DNA of 63,530 nt, the filler included, from Craspedostauros australis (taxonomy: Eukaryota), in assembly GCA_030167865.1 (NCBI GenBank). It is 9 parts of 9 records of this genome, joined end to end, with 100 filler letters (N's around TTAATTAATTAA, not from the genome) between each part and the next. Parts side by side here need not be neighbours in the genome. Positions count along the whole stretch, not along the records: positions 1 to 3,229 come from JALAGF010003922.1; positions 3,330 to 5,550 come from JALAGF010003924.1; positions 5,651 to 36,900 come from JALAGF010003925.1; 6 more parts are not named here. One strand, 5' to 3'. Below, piece after piece: positions 1 to 10,363 of the stretch (the first letter of the stretch is position 1; each line of letters opens with the position of its first letter). Made by a program: the position numbers and the translations under genes. The notes under the pieces are model-generated. The model was not told the origin of the DNA and did no database searches. It saw only the letters and a list, made by a program, of their open reading frames with translations.

Positions 1-1
1 G

Positions 2-52
2 CGCACGGCGCAGATCCTGTTCCAGGATTTTATTCTCGCCGGCCGGAAGTAG
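2..52 (+). CDS. gag: C-terminal tail of Copia gag (…TAQILFQDFILAGRK*), partial
   Basis: Matches the end of the 552-aa gag at 39670-41328; TAG at 50-52. Confidence 0.85.
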   Translation, partial: RTAQILFQDFILAGRK

Positions 53-88
53 AGCGACTCTCCGGTGAACGGCTACTACCCGTTGCTC
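25..88 (+). promoter_or_regulatory. Candidate -1 ribosomal frameshift signal (G_GAT_TTT plus downstream stem-loop/pseudoknot), copy 1
   Basis: Heptamer 25-31 is in the gag frame; the -1 frame is open from 25 into pol; a GC-rich stem starts 6 nt downstream. Confidence 0.75.
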
Positions 89-3000
89 GCTCATGCGGGA
101 TGCAAAAAGGCACGCCCACCAGCGTTGCGTCTCCGCTACAAACTGCCTCAACCCAAGTGCCAATCACGGAGCCGGATCGTTTCATGACGTCAACGACGGT
201 CCCGCTCCGTGCCAATGCACTTGCAGGGTCTCGCGACGGCGAATGGCGCCAACGGATTCATGGACAGTGTGATCTCGGTGCCAACGTTTGCGCGACTCCT
301 CATGCGCGTCTCCTCTGTGACTATGCCGCATTTACTACTCCTTCCAGCCTTGAAGCAGCGGACTCGTCTTCGCCTGCTATGGAGTGCCCGGGAGAAGGGT
401 ACATGCGGCTATCATGTGGCGACGGCGCGCATCTTTTGGTGCACACACTTCTGTGCCCACGGCTGGCTGACACGCTCGTGTCGCCGCAATCCATCATCAG
501 ACAACGTGACAACCCGTACACCAGCTTTGGCATTGAGTCCACCCAGCACAGTGCTCACATCGTCTTCAAGTCTCCGGATGACAATCTTCGAGTGCCGCTG
601 TACATTCGCAACGGTCTGTACTTCTTCGGAGGCGTTCATCCACAAGCCATGACCTTGAGACAGGCATCGCCTACACTCCTGTCGGAACTTTGGCATCTAC
701 GACTTGGACATGTGGGCATGGCGCAGCTGCAGAAGCTTTCTAAGTGCTCCACTGGTATTCCAGCGTCTGTTACTCGACACATTCACCCACTTCGACACTG
801 TGACACGTGCAGCAAGGCAGGATATCAACATGCCACACGCGGCCCCAATGACACGGCCACAGCCAACGTTGCTGGCGCTCGATTCCATGTCGACTTTGGG
901 TTCATGCGAGCCACTGACGATGCGTATGGGCAGCGCAAGAAGTCCCAAGGCGCTCAACGAGTCATCCACTCCGTCGATGGGTTTTGCGCGTACCTTCTTG
1001 TGGTCGATGCATGTACATGCTATGTATGGGTGTTTCTTACCAAGGACAAATCCCCGCCCATCATGGCTGTGCGGCAAACCCTGACTACTTTTGGGCGCCG
1101 CGAAGGCTATCGTGCGGTTCGTGTCGACTTGGGCGGTGAACTGGCCAGGTCCAGTCAGTTTGGCACCATGGTCCAGGAGTGTGGATACAACGTTGAACCT
1201 ACTGGAGCAGATTGCGCATGGATGAATGGGAAAGTGGAACGGTTGAACAAGACCTTCGGCACCATGGTGAGAGCGTTGCTTTACTCATCCGGGCTCACAC
1301 CTGACTTCTGGTCCAAAGCGTTGGCTCATGCGGTGTACCTCAAGAATCGACTTCATCATTCCACACTTGGAAGAACGCCGTATGAGGCTCAACATGGTGT
1401 CGCGCCGGACCTCAGCCATCTCCGTGTGTTTGGTGCACGCGTCACTGTGAAGAAGCCCGGCAAGGCTGCCGCGAAGCTCGACGTTCATACGTACGATGGA
1501 ATCTTCGTTGGTCACACAGCTACGACGTCCGTGCATGAGTACTACGATCTCAACACTGGAAGGTTCAAGCGGGCTGGCAACATTGTCTTTGATGAGGCGC
1601 ACTACATGTCTTCCAACCGACCTCCAGGACCAGCGTTGCTGTACAATCTGGGACTACCCACGCCTGCTGTGGAGCCAACGCCAAGCAAGGTCCTTGCTAA
1701 GCCCATGTACCCCACCATCGTCACAAGGCATGCCAAGATTCCAGCGACAGCGTGTGCAGTGCCACTTCCGTTGGGCGACATTCTCGATCATTCGCATGTT
1801 CATGCTTCTGCTGCAAGGTGCACAGAGACTGGTCAAGTCGATATCGTACATGTTGACACGACCGACGAGCTGTTTGGGTATCCATTCAGCCAGAGTGTGG
1901 ACGTGCGTGGTACGGACGGTTTCCTTGGGTTTGAGTTTCGGTATGATGAACAACGGCATCGACTTCAGCTTCAGCAGTGCAAGTCAGGTCAGCCAGCTGC
2001 GCGTATCACGCGATGGCGGTCCAGGCTGCGCAAGGCGCACCTCATTTCAATTCAAGGCCAACAGGTGCATACCGCCATGGACGCACGGCAAGCCATACAG
2101 GCCTTGCGTGAGCAGCGTGTTACCACTGCGGAGTTTGTGTTTGCATTCGATGACGTTCGCAACAACCTGTCCCAGCACGGAGTCCCGCAAATGTACTTCG
2201 ATCAGATGAAGCATGTCCGAGATATCATCGAGACGTCCACTCCCCAAGCACATGCCACCAGTGTCGCCAATGCGCCAGTCAAACTCACTCGACGAATGCT
2301 TCTACAGCAGGATGACTGGGAGCAGTGGCAGGCCGCAGAATTCAAGCAGCTGGACCAATACGATGCACAACAAATGTTTGGCGATCCTGTTCCAGCTCCC
2401 GCGGACGCTGCCATCTTCAATTGGGTCTGGGTCTATGTGGTCAAGACGCATGAGAATAATCGGAAGAAGGCGCGTGCTGTTTGCGATGGCTCTACCAGAG
2501 GAGGACATGCTCGAATATTCGGACACACCTATGCGGCTACGCCTGATTTGACGGAGTTCAGGATCCTCCTTGGCATTGCTGCAATCCAACAGCTCAAGGT
2601 GTACAGCTCGGACGTCACGAACGCTTTCGCGGAAGCCCCCGCTGGCGAACAACGATACTTCATGAAAGTGGATGAGCCGTATCAAGCGTGGTGGAAGCAG
2701 AAACATGGCACCACTATTCCTCGCGGCCACGTCATCCCGGTCAACAAGAACCTTCAAGGTCATCCTGAAGCGCCTCGCCTCTGGAGCAAGCACATCACTG
2801 GCATCCTACAACAAATCGGGTTCACTTCGACAACCCATGCTCCTTGTTTGTACACTGGGGCCATTGGTCACAACAAGATCTACGTGCTACGTCAAGTGGA
2901 TGATTTTGCAGTCGCTGCTCCATCACAGAGTGTCTTCGATACATTCTGCGACATGCTCGACAAGCGCCTCTTCCAGCCCATCACTCGACAAGGACTCATG

Positions 3001-3229
3001 GTGCACTATAACGGACTCGATGTTGATCAAACTCGGCGATTCGTGCGCATCCATTGCACATCTTACGTGGACAAGATGCTGGAACGCAACAAGTGGCAGA
3101 ACATGCGGCACACTCACAGATTGCCTATGCTGTCGGACAACTCGCATGTCAAGACTTTGGACAATGCTGACGTTCCAAGCGATGACAAGGAGCGAGCCGC
3201 TCTGGCCACAAGGTTCAAGTTTGGGTACC
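25..3229 (+). CDS. pol: Copia pol polyprotein (aspartic protease, integrase, PDZ-like insert, reverse transcriptase), 3' truncated
   Basis: Protease DLGAN (from 271); HHCC finger WHLRLGH…CDTC; integrase D-D-E (HVDFG, RVDLGGE, KVER); RT SDVTNAF and RQVDDF (QVDD 2893-2904); the frame is open upstream of ATG100 back to the slippery site. Confidence 0.93.
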
Positions 3230-3329
3230 NNNNNNNNNNNNNNNNNNNNNNNNNNNNNNNNNNNNNNNNNNNNTTAATTAATTAANNNNNNNNNNNNNNN
3301 NNNNNNNNNNNNNNNNNNNNNNNNNNNNN
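3230..3329. other. Artificial contig linker (44N-TTAATTAATTAA-44N)
   Basis: Six-frame stop spacer, identical at all gaps. Confidence 0.98.
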
Positions 3330-5548
3330 TTTTTTTTACTCCTGGTTGTTGGCTCCTTGGCCCATGGTTGCAATTGGATCGGTGTCCATTGGGTCCGCCA
3401 TTGCGGCGTCTCCCGAGCTGTCCTCCTTGCTCTCGTCCCGACGGTGTCGCTGGAACTGTTTCCCTCTTCTTCTCCTTCACCCGATCGTTGACCCTTCATT
3501 TGGTCGCTCTCGTCGGATTCTTGTTCGTCCTCTTCGGGGATGCTGGTGCCAGGGTCGTCGGGATCGAAGTCGGTCTTGGCGGTTGGGTCCGTTGCGAACT
3601 GTTGTGGTCTCGCCGATTTGTGCTTTGCCGTGTTACCAATAGCAGCGCTGATGTGGGCGGCTTGCTGTGCTACCGTGGCTGTGGCGAACGTCGCGACTGT
3701 TCCGTTGTCGCCGTTCTGGGTGCTGGGATTGGCCGTCATTTCTACTTCGAACTTCAGAAGCGGAACCGGCTTCATGTTCCCGTGTTCGTCCACGTAGCCT
3801 TCCCATCCCACATCCTCTGCCGACAGCCCGACCATCTCATCTTCGTCGAGGTCCAGAAAGTGAGCGTCTGCTTGCGCGAGCTGTCCCATTTCGAGCTCTT
3901 CTTTACTCCGAACCAGTCCAGTCTCCCAGTCTACCTCGTAGAACTCGTTTTGAGACCAGGCCTCTGGGGTGAACCAGCCTTGACACTTGTGATCAAGCTT
4001 CTTGCTGCAAAAGAAGGGCAACTTGGAGATTAGTTCCCTTGCTTCGACCTGTCGTTTGGGGTGAAAGACAAAGAAGGTGCGGTTGCGATCGAACTTGTCC
4101 GTGTCGACGGACACGAACAATGTGTAGTCCGGATTGTCGAACGACCGAAGGTTCATGATGACTTCTCGCAGTGTCAATCTCCAAATTGGGACTTCCACAT
4201 CCAGCTGCATGATGGAGTAGACCCCTTGGGTGACCATTTTCTTTTCGAACGCGATCTGGTGTGCTACCATGGAGCTGAGATTTGCCAACTCGGAAGGAGG
4301 ATGGTGGAATCGCTGGTCGAGGGCATCCGGCATGAACCGCATTTGCTTCCCAAGAAGCCGCACCGTGTCAGCTCGATTGTTGAACATGTCTTTCATCGCA
4401 ACTCTGCATGCCGTGGACTTCAATTCACCACACATGATGTGGGTTGCCCTTGGCCTGTTGCGGAAGTCATCCGACTCAGAGCGCCGTCCTCGTCTCTTCA
4501 CCAGCTGTATCTCGCGGATGCGGAGCTGTACCACACAGTGATTCTTCACGAGTTCGTGATCGTTGATCACCTCGGCCAGATCATCCGTGTTCATGGTGCT
4601 GTGGCTCCCGAAGAGCCAGCCCGCCGCCACGATGTTATGCTCCTGGATATCTGACTTCCTGAAGGAGATTGCGGCCGCTGCGAGTGTCCCATCGTCGTCG
4701 AAGACCTCGAGGTCCCTTTTGTGAGCAACCCAGATTCGGGTGTAGGTCATGAAACCCGTACGCGCGTAGAGGCTATCCACGAATTGCTTCAGGGTCTCCC
4801 GATTGGTCCATGCGACGTCCGCCGCAGTCCATGGGCGTAGCTCCCTGCTTTTCCGCCATGCCAGTATCTGAGCCTTGGAGTCTGCGCGGAAGATGAACGC
4901 TCGCAGGGTGTTGAGTCCTGCAATGACCTGTGTGAGAGGGGTGTCGCTACCTTCCCTTGACATCGGCAGTCGCACGTTGAAGAACGTTTTATGGTACTCG
5001 CTGAGCACATCGTTGACGCTGACCAATTCCCTCGCTTGTGGGTTTTTGCGCGGGTAAGCCTTCACTTTGTGTCTTGGCGTACGCGATTTCTTCTTGGACG
5101 TTGGATTCGGGGAGCTGGCTTGTGGAACTTCTTCGTCGTCGTTGTCGAGGTGGATGCCCTTGACTTCCATGAAGACGGTTCTGGCGGCGATCCATGCTGC
5201 GGTCTCATGGGTGGATCGGATCTGCCCCAGTTTCCACAGCGCTGACAAGAAGATGTTCGAAGTCGCCAACAGTCTCACCATGATTTGGATCATCACCAGG
5301 TTGGACTCCGCAGGGAGCTTGTTATCGTAGGCGTCGCTGAAAAGCTCTTTCCACTGTGGGAAGGATGCTCCGTTCGCCAGGTCGTCCCTCATCTCCTTGA
5401 CAAAGGCGATCGTCTCGTCCAATGCTCCTTCTTCCCCGGTCGCTGCCAGGAACGGCTCGTAGCCTTGTGTCATCAGGTTGCGCTCGCGAAGAACGTCTCC
5501 CCAGCTTCGCTCGTGCTGGTGGCTCCAAATCCAACGGTTCTCGTTTTC
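3330..5548 (-). CDS. ORF1-like protein of a diatom non-LTR retrotransposon; open at both contig ends
   Basis: Colinear motif matches to the ORF1 at 45398-47992 (ILAW/LMAW, GWLFGS/GMLTYT, MRFMPD/NRFVPN, LTLREVI/KTLRTYL, LFVSVD/VFIHVD, WFTPEA/WFTLAE); the frame is open upstream of ATG5473 and has no real stop before the linker. Confidence 0.7.
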
Positions 5549-5550
5549 AG

Positions 5551-5650
5551 NNNNNNNNNNNNNNNNNNNNNNNNNNNNNNNNNNNNNNNNNNNNTTAATT
5601 AATTAANNNNNNNNNNNNNNNNNNNNNNNNNNNNNNNNNNNNNNNNNNNN
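5551..5650. other. Artificial contig linker
   Basis: 44N-TTAATTAATTAA-44N. Confidence 0.98.
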
Positions 5651-5841
5651 TATTCTGTGTACTCTACTCTATTCAAGTCAAATACGTAATCAATATCGGT
5701 GTTTTGTCTCTCAACTCGTAGACAGAGGGAGAGCCATCCAGTAGGCAAACACAGATTCTACTGTCACAATGCAGGTACGGATGCTCGTGCAGGACAGCAA
5801 TCTATCTTTCTCTCCCTTCCCTTCGATGTGTCGGTTCCATT

Positions 5842-7710
5842 TCAGCTCCATGTCTTATTCAGCGCCTCCAGCAGACCATCCCATGTTGTCACACCTTCGA
5901 ACAGTCGGCCCATGTCGACCTCGCAATACTCGCGCTTCACATACGCAGTGCGGTGAAACGCCGAGCGGTGCGCTGCTTCGCCATCGGGAGACACGCGCCG
6001 CTCTGGCATCCATTCCTTCTCAATGGCCAGCGACATGTTCAGGAGCTCCTCCAACTCGTTGTCGGGCGGACAAATCAAAGGGAAGTCTGCCAATTTCTTG
6101 TTCAACGCTTTTCCAAGGTGTTGGTGTAGCCGTCCGTCCAACTTCCGCTTCCTCATTGTGCGTTGCTTCTCTTCGCTGATGACACCACGCGCGGCAGCGG
6201 CAAATACGATATCTTGGCACACAGACGTCAGCATGTCAATGACCATTTGCGGGGGATTCTCATGCTTCTGTTTGATATATTCGCATGATCGAGGGGCATC
6301 TGGGACATGGTCGCACAGGAACTGTTCCGAGACATGACGTTTGCCATGGAAATCCATGATTTGGATGGGAAAGCCAGAGTTTCTCCAGGCTGAGATAACG
6401 CCATCGATGAAGACAAAACTTGCTGCAACGGTCATGGTGTGGGTGCCTGTGCTTGTATTTTGCAGATGATTTTGAATCGGCGCTGAGCTTTCAGTCATCC
6501 ATCCCCATATCTTTTTCCATGCCGGACTGTATCGCTTCCCACGTTGCGTGGGCCAAGCAGAGTATGGGCGGTAGTGCACAGTAGTGTATGCACGGGAGTA
6601 CTTCCAGGCGCTGAGCATCCAGTCAAAGACGTGACGGTAGGTCACGATGACTGTCACATCCCAACCTTCCAGAAGATCCCTCAAGTTCTGAAAGTACATC
6701 GGATTTCCATACAGCCCTTCGGATCTGAACAAGGGACGACTCGAAACTTGTTCTTCGCTGAATATCAGAGAGATGCGCCGCTTTTTTGCAACATCCAGAA
6801 GCTCTGTGATATGTTTCAAATCCTCCGGTACCTCGACTGGCAATTGCGGGGACAAGGGCAGCGAGGATGGTTCCAATGCTGCCATGCCTGGACTATGTGT
6901 GCTGGTTTGATTCCTCGGCAGCAACGATGCTTTCTTGCTTTCCACATACCTTGGATAATGTTCCAACATGACGTTGGCATTGAAAGCTTTGTCCAAGCAA
7001 TCAAGAGAAAATCCAAGCTCTTTGGCTGGTTCGTGAGGGCTGCCTGTTCCATAGTACCAGTAATGATCTTGGATCAGAAGTTCTTTGTTCGCGAGTTCCA
7101 ATAGGTTGGTTTGCAGTGAGGTTGTGGCAGTCTTGGGCGGGCCAACATGCAACACCAGATGAGGCTTCTTCACTTCTTCTGTGGCTGCGGGCGAATCCAA
7201 TGTTGCTGCATGCGTAGGTCCTGCAGAAGTTTCAGGCCGCGGAGTACTTTCTGTGGTGTCGGAATGCATCTTCACAGCCTCCGGAATCGAAGAAGGCCGT
7301 TCATCTTCATCTTCTTCAACAGCATGCAGTGACGAGGATGAATGAGATGAAACAGGCCCCAGCATGCTCCCAATTTGGTTGGCGACCAGGAACTGGGCAA
7401 TAGAGAGGAGGACTGAGATTGCAACGATCGCTGCAATCCCCTTCTTCGCTGCCCTCAGCTTTGTCGTCGTCATGCTCGCAGCTGTCAAGATTGACTTGTT
7501 TCGGTTTGGTGTTTGGCGACTGTTGATTCCGCCATCATGGTTGCCTCGTTTATTGGAGACTGGCGCGCGCTTGCCATGAGAGTCTTCACAAGCGTCCTTG
7601 TTGTGGTGCAGATGATGCTGGTGTGCGAGCACGCTTACGCATCCATCAGACTGCGCTCTACCTCCATTCGACGCTTTCGAAGACCTTGGCGCTTCGGAAT
7701 TAGCATCCAT
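5842..7710 (-). CDS. Type II membrane sulfotransferase-like (PAPS-binding P-loop) protein
   Basis: N-terminal TM (IAAIVAISVLLSIAQFLVA), stem, then LVLHVGPPKTATTSLQ (5'-PSB-like loop) and VTYRHVFDWMLS (3'-PB-like); first ATG 7710; paralogue at 37256-38938. Confidence 0.7.
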   Translation of the reverse strand: MDANSEAPRSSKASNGGRAQSDGCVSVLAHQHHLHHNKDACEDSHGKRAPVSNKRGNHDGGINSRQTPNRNKSILTAASMTTTKLRAAKKGIAAIVAISVLLSIAQFLVANQIGSMLGPVSSHSSSSLHAVEEDEDERPSSIPEAVKMHSDTTESTPRPETSAGPTHAATLDSPAATEEVKKPHLVLHVGPPKTATTSLQTNLLELANKELLIQDHYWYYGTGSPHEPAKELGFSLDCLDKAFNANVMLEHYPRYVESKKASLLPRNQTSTHSPGMAALEPSSLPLSPQLPVEVPEDLKHITELLDVAKKRRISLIFSEEQVSSRPLFRSEGLYGNPMYFQNLRDLLEGWDVTVIVTYRHVFDWMLSAWKYSRAYTTVHYRPYSAWPTQRGKRYSPAWKKIWGWMTESSAPIQNHLQNTSTGTHTMTVAASFVFIDGVISAWRNSGFPIQIMDFHGKRHVSEQFLCDHVPDAPRSCEYIKQKHENPPQMVIDMLTSVCQDIVFAAAARGVISEEKQRTMRKRKLDGRLHQHLGKALNKKLADFPLICPPDNELEELLNMSLAIEKEWMPERRVSPDGEAAHRSAFHRTAYVKREYCEVDMGRLFEGVTTWDGLLEALNKTWS

Positions 7711-7747
7711 CGTTGAAGAGGTGAGCACAGATCTTGGTGGTGTTGAG

Positions 7748-7810
7748 TGCTGTAGTTGAGTGCTGTAGTTGACTCCTGTAGTTGACTGCTGTAGTTGACT
7801 GCTGTGGTTG
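7748..7810. repeat. 13-bp minisatellite (TGCTGTAGTTGAC) x~5
   Basis: Units at 7748, 7761, 7774, 7787, 7800. Confidence 0.9.
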
Positions 7811-8722
7811 TGCTTGTCGTACCAGTGTGCTTGTTCGTCTCTCGTCAGTGTGACAACTTCGATCGCTCTCTCTCTCGTTCGCTCTCTCTGGAGAGTCCTC
7901 GACTGGTGTGTGCCCGCACAAGCTGTGAGTATCCGTAGCTCGAAGTCAACGGTTTTGTCCGTACAACGAAGGATTGTTGAATTGGCGGCGATGTGTGATG
8001 TACTGGTGGAGAAACAGCTCTTGCGTCGGCCTCTACCTGGCCCTGAACCAAAGGATACGCCAGATGCAGTGCTGTGAGATTGTTGTTGGCGTTGTAATCT
8101 GATATATTACACAGGATTTATGGCTGGTTGTTGTCCTCTGTGTGTTTGCTGTCGAGTGTTTTGTGCTGCCCAGCATGATGTTGGTAGTGGCTGCCAGCCG
8201 TTTTATCGAAACGCCGAACGACGGCATTGGTTCTTGCACGTTCCGCGCCATCTGCATCAACACGAACCCTCGAGGGGAGAGGGAACGCTGACCGTGCCAA
8301 GAAGGGGACGAAACCTCGTCGTGATGAATTGTGGCAGCGCCGAACAGTCCACAGATCTTGTGCGCCGCTTTCGTCCCACATCTTGTGACTCGCGCATGTC
8401 CGGAATTGGCGTCATTGCGCAAACGGACATTTCGTCGGAAATGGTTTGGCGCGCTTTGTGCATTCTGAATCAGGGGTGCGCCGTGTTGCGCGCACCTCGT
8501 TTGTCGGCGGACAGAGAATCACTCGACCTCGGCATGCGGCGAGGAAGCAACAACAGCGACAACGATGACAACATCAACCATCACAAGCACATTGAACGGA
8601 GGACAACGAACAACGAACAATGAACGCTGAATGGAGCAGAGGACATATAAGAAGTAGAGGAGCTCCAGCAACCGAATACAACAACTGAATGCAACTACTG
8701 TGCAAGCGCAAGCACGGTGGCC

Positions 8723-10363
8723 ATGACGATGGCGAACGAAAGGAAGAGGTCCAAGCGCAGCGCACGCTCCGCCAGAGCATCAAGATCGGCGTCAGCGCTT
8801 CACAAAGCTGATGACAAAGCCAACCATGGCAAATCCTCACACCCGATGCGATCGGTGGTGATCCCTGCCGTCATCTTCCTGTGCACGATCCAATTGAGAT
8901 TCACGCTGCCATCGGGCCACTCGCTTGCCAGAACACTTGGGGATGACAGACACTCGCCTACGGATCCGCGGATGGCTTTCTCCTCGTTCCTTTCGTCCTT
9001 GTTGTCCGGTGCGCTGCATGCGGAGGACCCGGTTGCAATGACGCGCAGCATTCTGTCGACGGAAACGATAGTTTTCCCACCAGAACCTGATGCCGACATC
9101 ATTCCTCGCCTCAAGAAAAATATTCGGAATCTCAACGTCTACGAGAACCACCTCGAGAGGACCAGCTGCACTCCCACGGTGCAGTTTCAGCTCACTATCC
9201 AAACGATTGGGTACGTGGCGCAGGATGGTGGGAACGGTGGAAACGCCGGACAACCGCAAACTCAACAGCAGCAGCAGCAGGTGCGATACATCCTCCAATC
9301 GCTCGATGAGCACGGTCAGCCGAAGACCATGGGCGGCGACGAGTTCTACCCGGTCTACTTCGATGCGGGGCACGTCGAGAACCAGCCGCAATCGAGCAAC
9401 CCCATCCCGACGGCGGCGGCGCATGTCCAGGACAATGGCGATGGCACATACACGTTGGATTTCGAGCAACCACCGTACGAGGCTCCGATGGGACCCGGGG
9501 CCGGTCACGGATCGATGCAGCTCTACTATGGCTACACCTGCGGCATCGCACGACTCACGCGACCCGACAAGAAGGGCTGGGACGGATCCGCGCACTCCTT
9601 CGCCGTCTACGCTGTTGCCAACATCACGACGCCGCCCGAAATCCAACCCTTCCAGTACCCGCCTGAGATCAGCGGCGATCAGAATCGCACGGGCACGCCC
9701 GTGGATCTATCCTCGTACGACAAGATCGTGTGCTGCGGTGATTCCATGATGCGCAATTTCTGCGGCGTCCATCACAAGCCCGCGCCGGAGTTCCAGTACG
9801 CCAACCTGAAGGCCATTGGCAATTTCGGCCCCTTCTTTCGTCATGATACGTGGCGGGACATCGCTCCCGATGAGATCAACAAAACGTACGGCGAGGATCT
9901 GCTGCCTGACGGTGACAAACGCATCGCGATGCTCCTCGGCAGCGCGACGTGGGACATTGCGGCCTACGAATTTCCACCGCAGGACAACAACTTCACGGAC
10001 AGCATGCAGATGTACCGCGACGTCATCGCCTGGGCGCGCGAGACGTACCCGCATGTCACAGTCATCTGGAAGCTGCCGCAGGCCTTCCACATGCATGTGG
10101 TCGGCTCCATCAAACTCATCAAGATGGCCAAGGATCGATTGCAGTATACCAGCAACGCCAACGCCAAGTATCTGTACGATCGACAGAAGGTCATCATGGC
10201 GGAGCTCGGCATTCCCACGCTCGATATGTGGAACACATCGTACCTCAGCAGCCATCGCCATCGGCGACACGATGTTGCGCACTTTGATGGGGATCAGAAT
10301 CATTACTTCGCTGACATGTACTACATGAACGCATCGATGAAGCAGTTGGGCCCGCACCGGTAG
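8723..10363 (+). CDS. NXPE/PC-esterase-like (Ig-like + SGNH) type II membrane protein, putative glycan O-acyltransferase/esterase
   Basis: TM anchor; Ig/filamin-like GGDEF…VQDNGDGTYTL; GDS motif (CCGDSMMRN) and C-terminal DxxH (DVAH); first ATG at 8723. Confidence 0.72.
   Translation: MTMANERKRSKRSARSARASRSASALHKADDKANHGKSSHPMRSVVIPAVIFLCTIQLRFTLPSGHSLARTLGDDRHSPTDPRMAFSSFLSSLLSGALHAEDPVAMTRSILSTETIVFPPEPDADIIPRLKKNIRNLNVYENHLERTSCTPTVQFQLTIQTIGYVAQDGGNGGNAGQPQTQQQQQQVRYILQSLDEHGQPKTMGGDEFYPVYFDAGHVENQPQSSNPIPTAAAHVQDNGDGTYTLDFEQPPYEAPMGPGAGHGSMQLYYGYTCGIARLTRPDKKGWDGSAHSFAVYAVANITTPPEIQPFQYPPEISGDQNRTGTPVDLSSYDKIVCCGDSMMRNFCGVHHKPAPEFQYANLKAIGNFGPFFRHDTWRDIAPDEINKTYGEDLLPDGDKRIAMLLGSATWDIAAYEFPPQDNNFTDSMQMYRDVIAWARETYPHVTVIWKLPQAFHMHVVGSIKLIKMAKDRLQYTSNANAKYLYDRQKVIMAELGIPTLDMWNTSYLSSHRHRRHDVAHFDGDQNHYFADMYYMNASMKQLGPHR

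Larger units (their letters stand above)
1..3229 (+). mobile_element. Ty1/Copia LTR retrotransposon (CoDi-like), internal fragment, copy 1
   Basis: End of gag followed by pol in Copia order PR-IN-RT; colinear with 41277-44505 at offset 41276; truncated by the window start and the contig end. Confidence 0.95.

Noticed and set aside
3230..3329. Recurring TTAATTAATTAA palindrome between N runs (8 times)
   Set aside because: Identical 100-bp six-frame-stop spacer added when contigs were concatenated; ORF ends such as 'LIN' and neighbourhoods across it are artefacts
3330..3337. Poly-A (minus strand) at the end of the ORF1-like contig as a LINE tail
   Set aside because: Only 8 nt, at a contig edge, inside a still-open frame with no ORF2 before it
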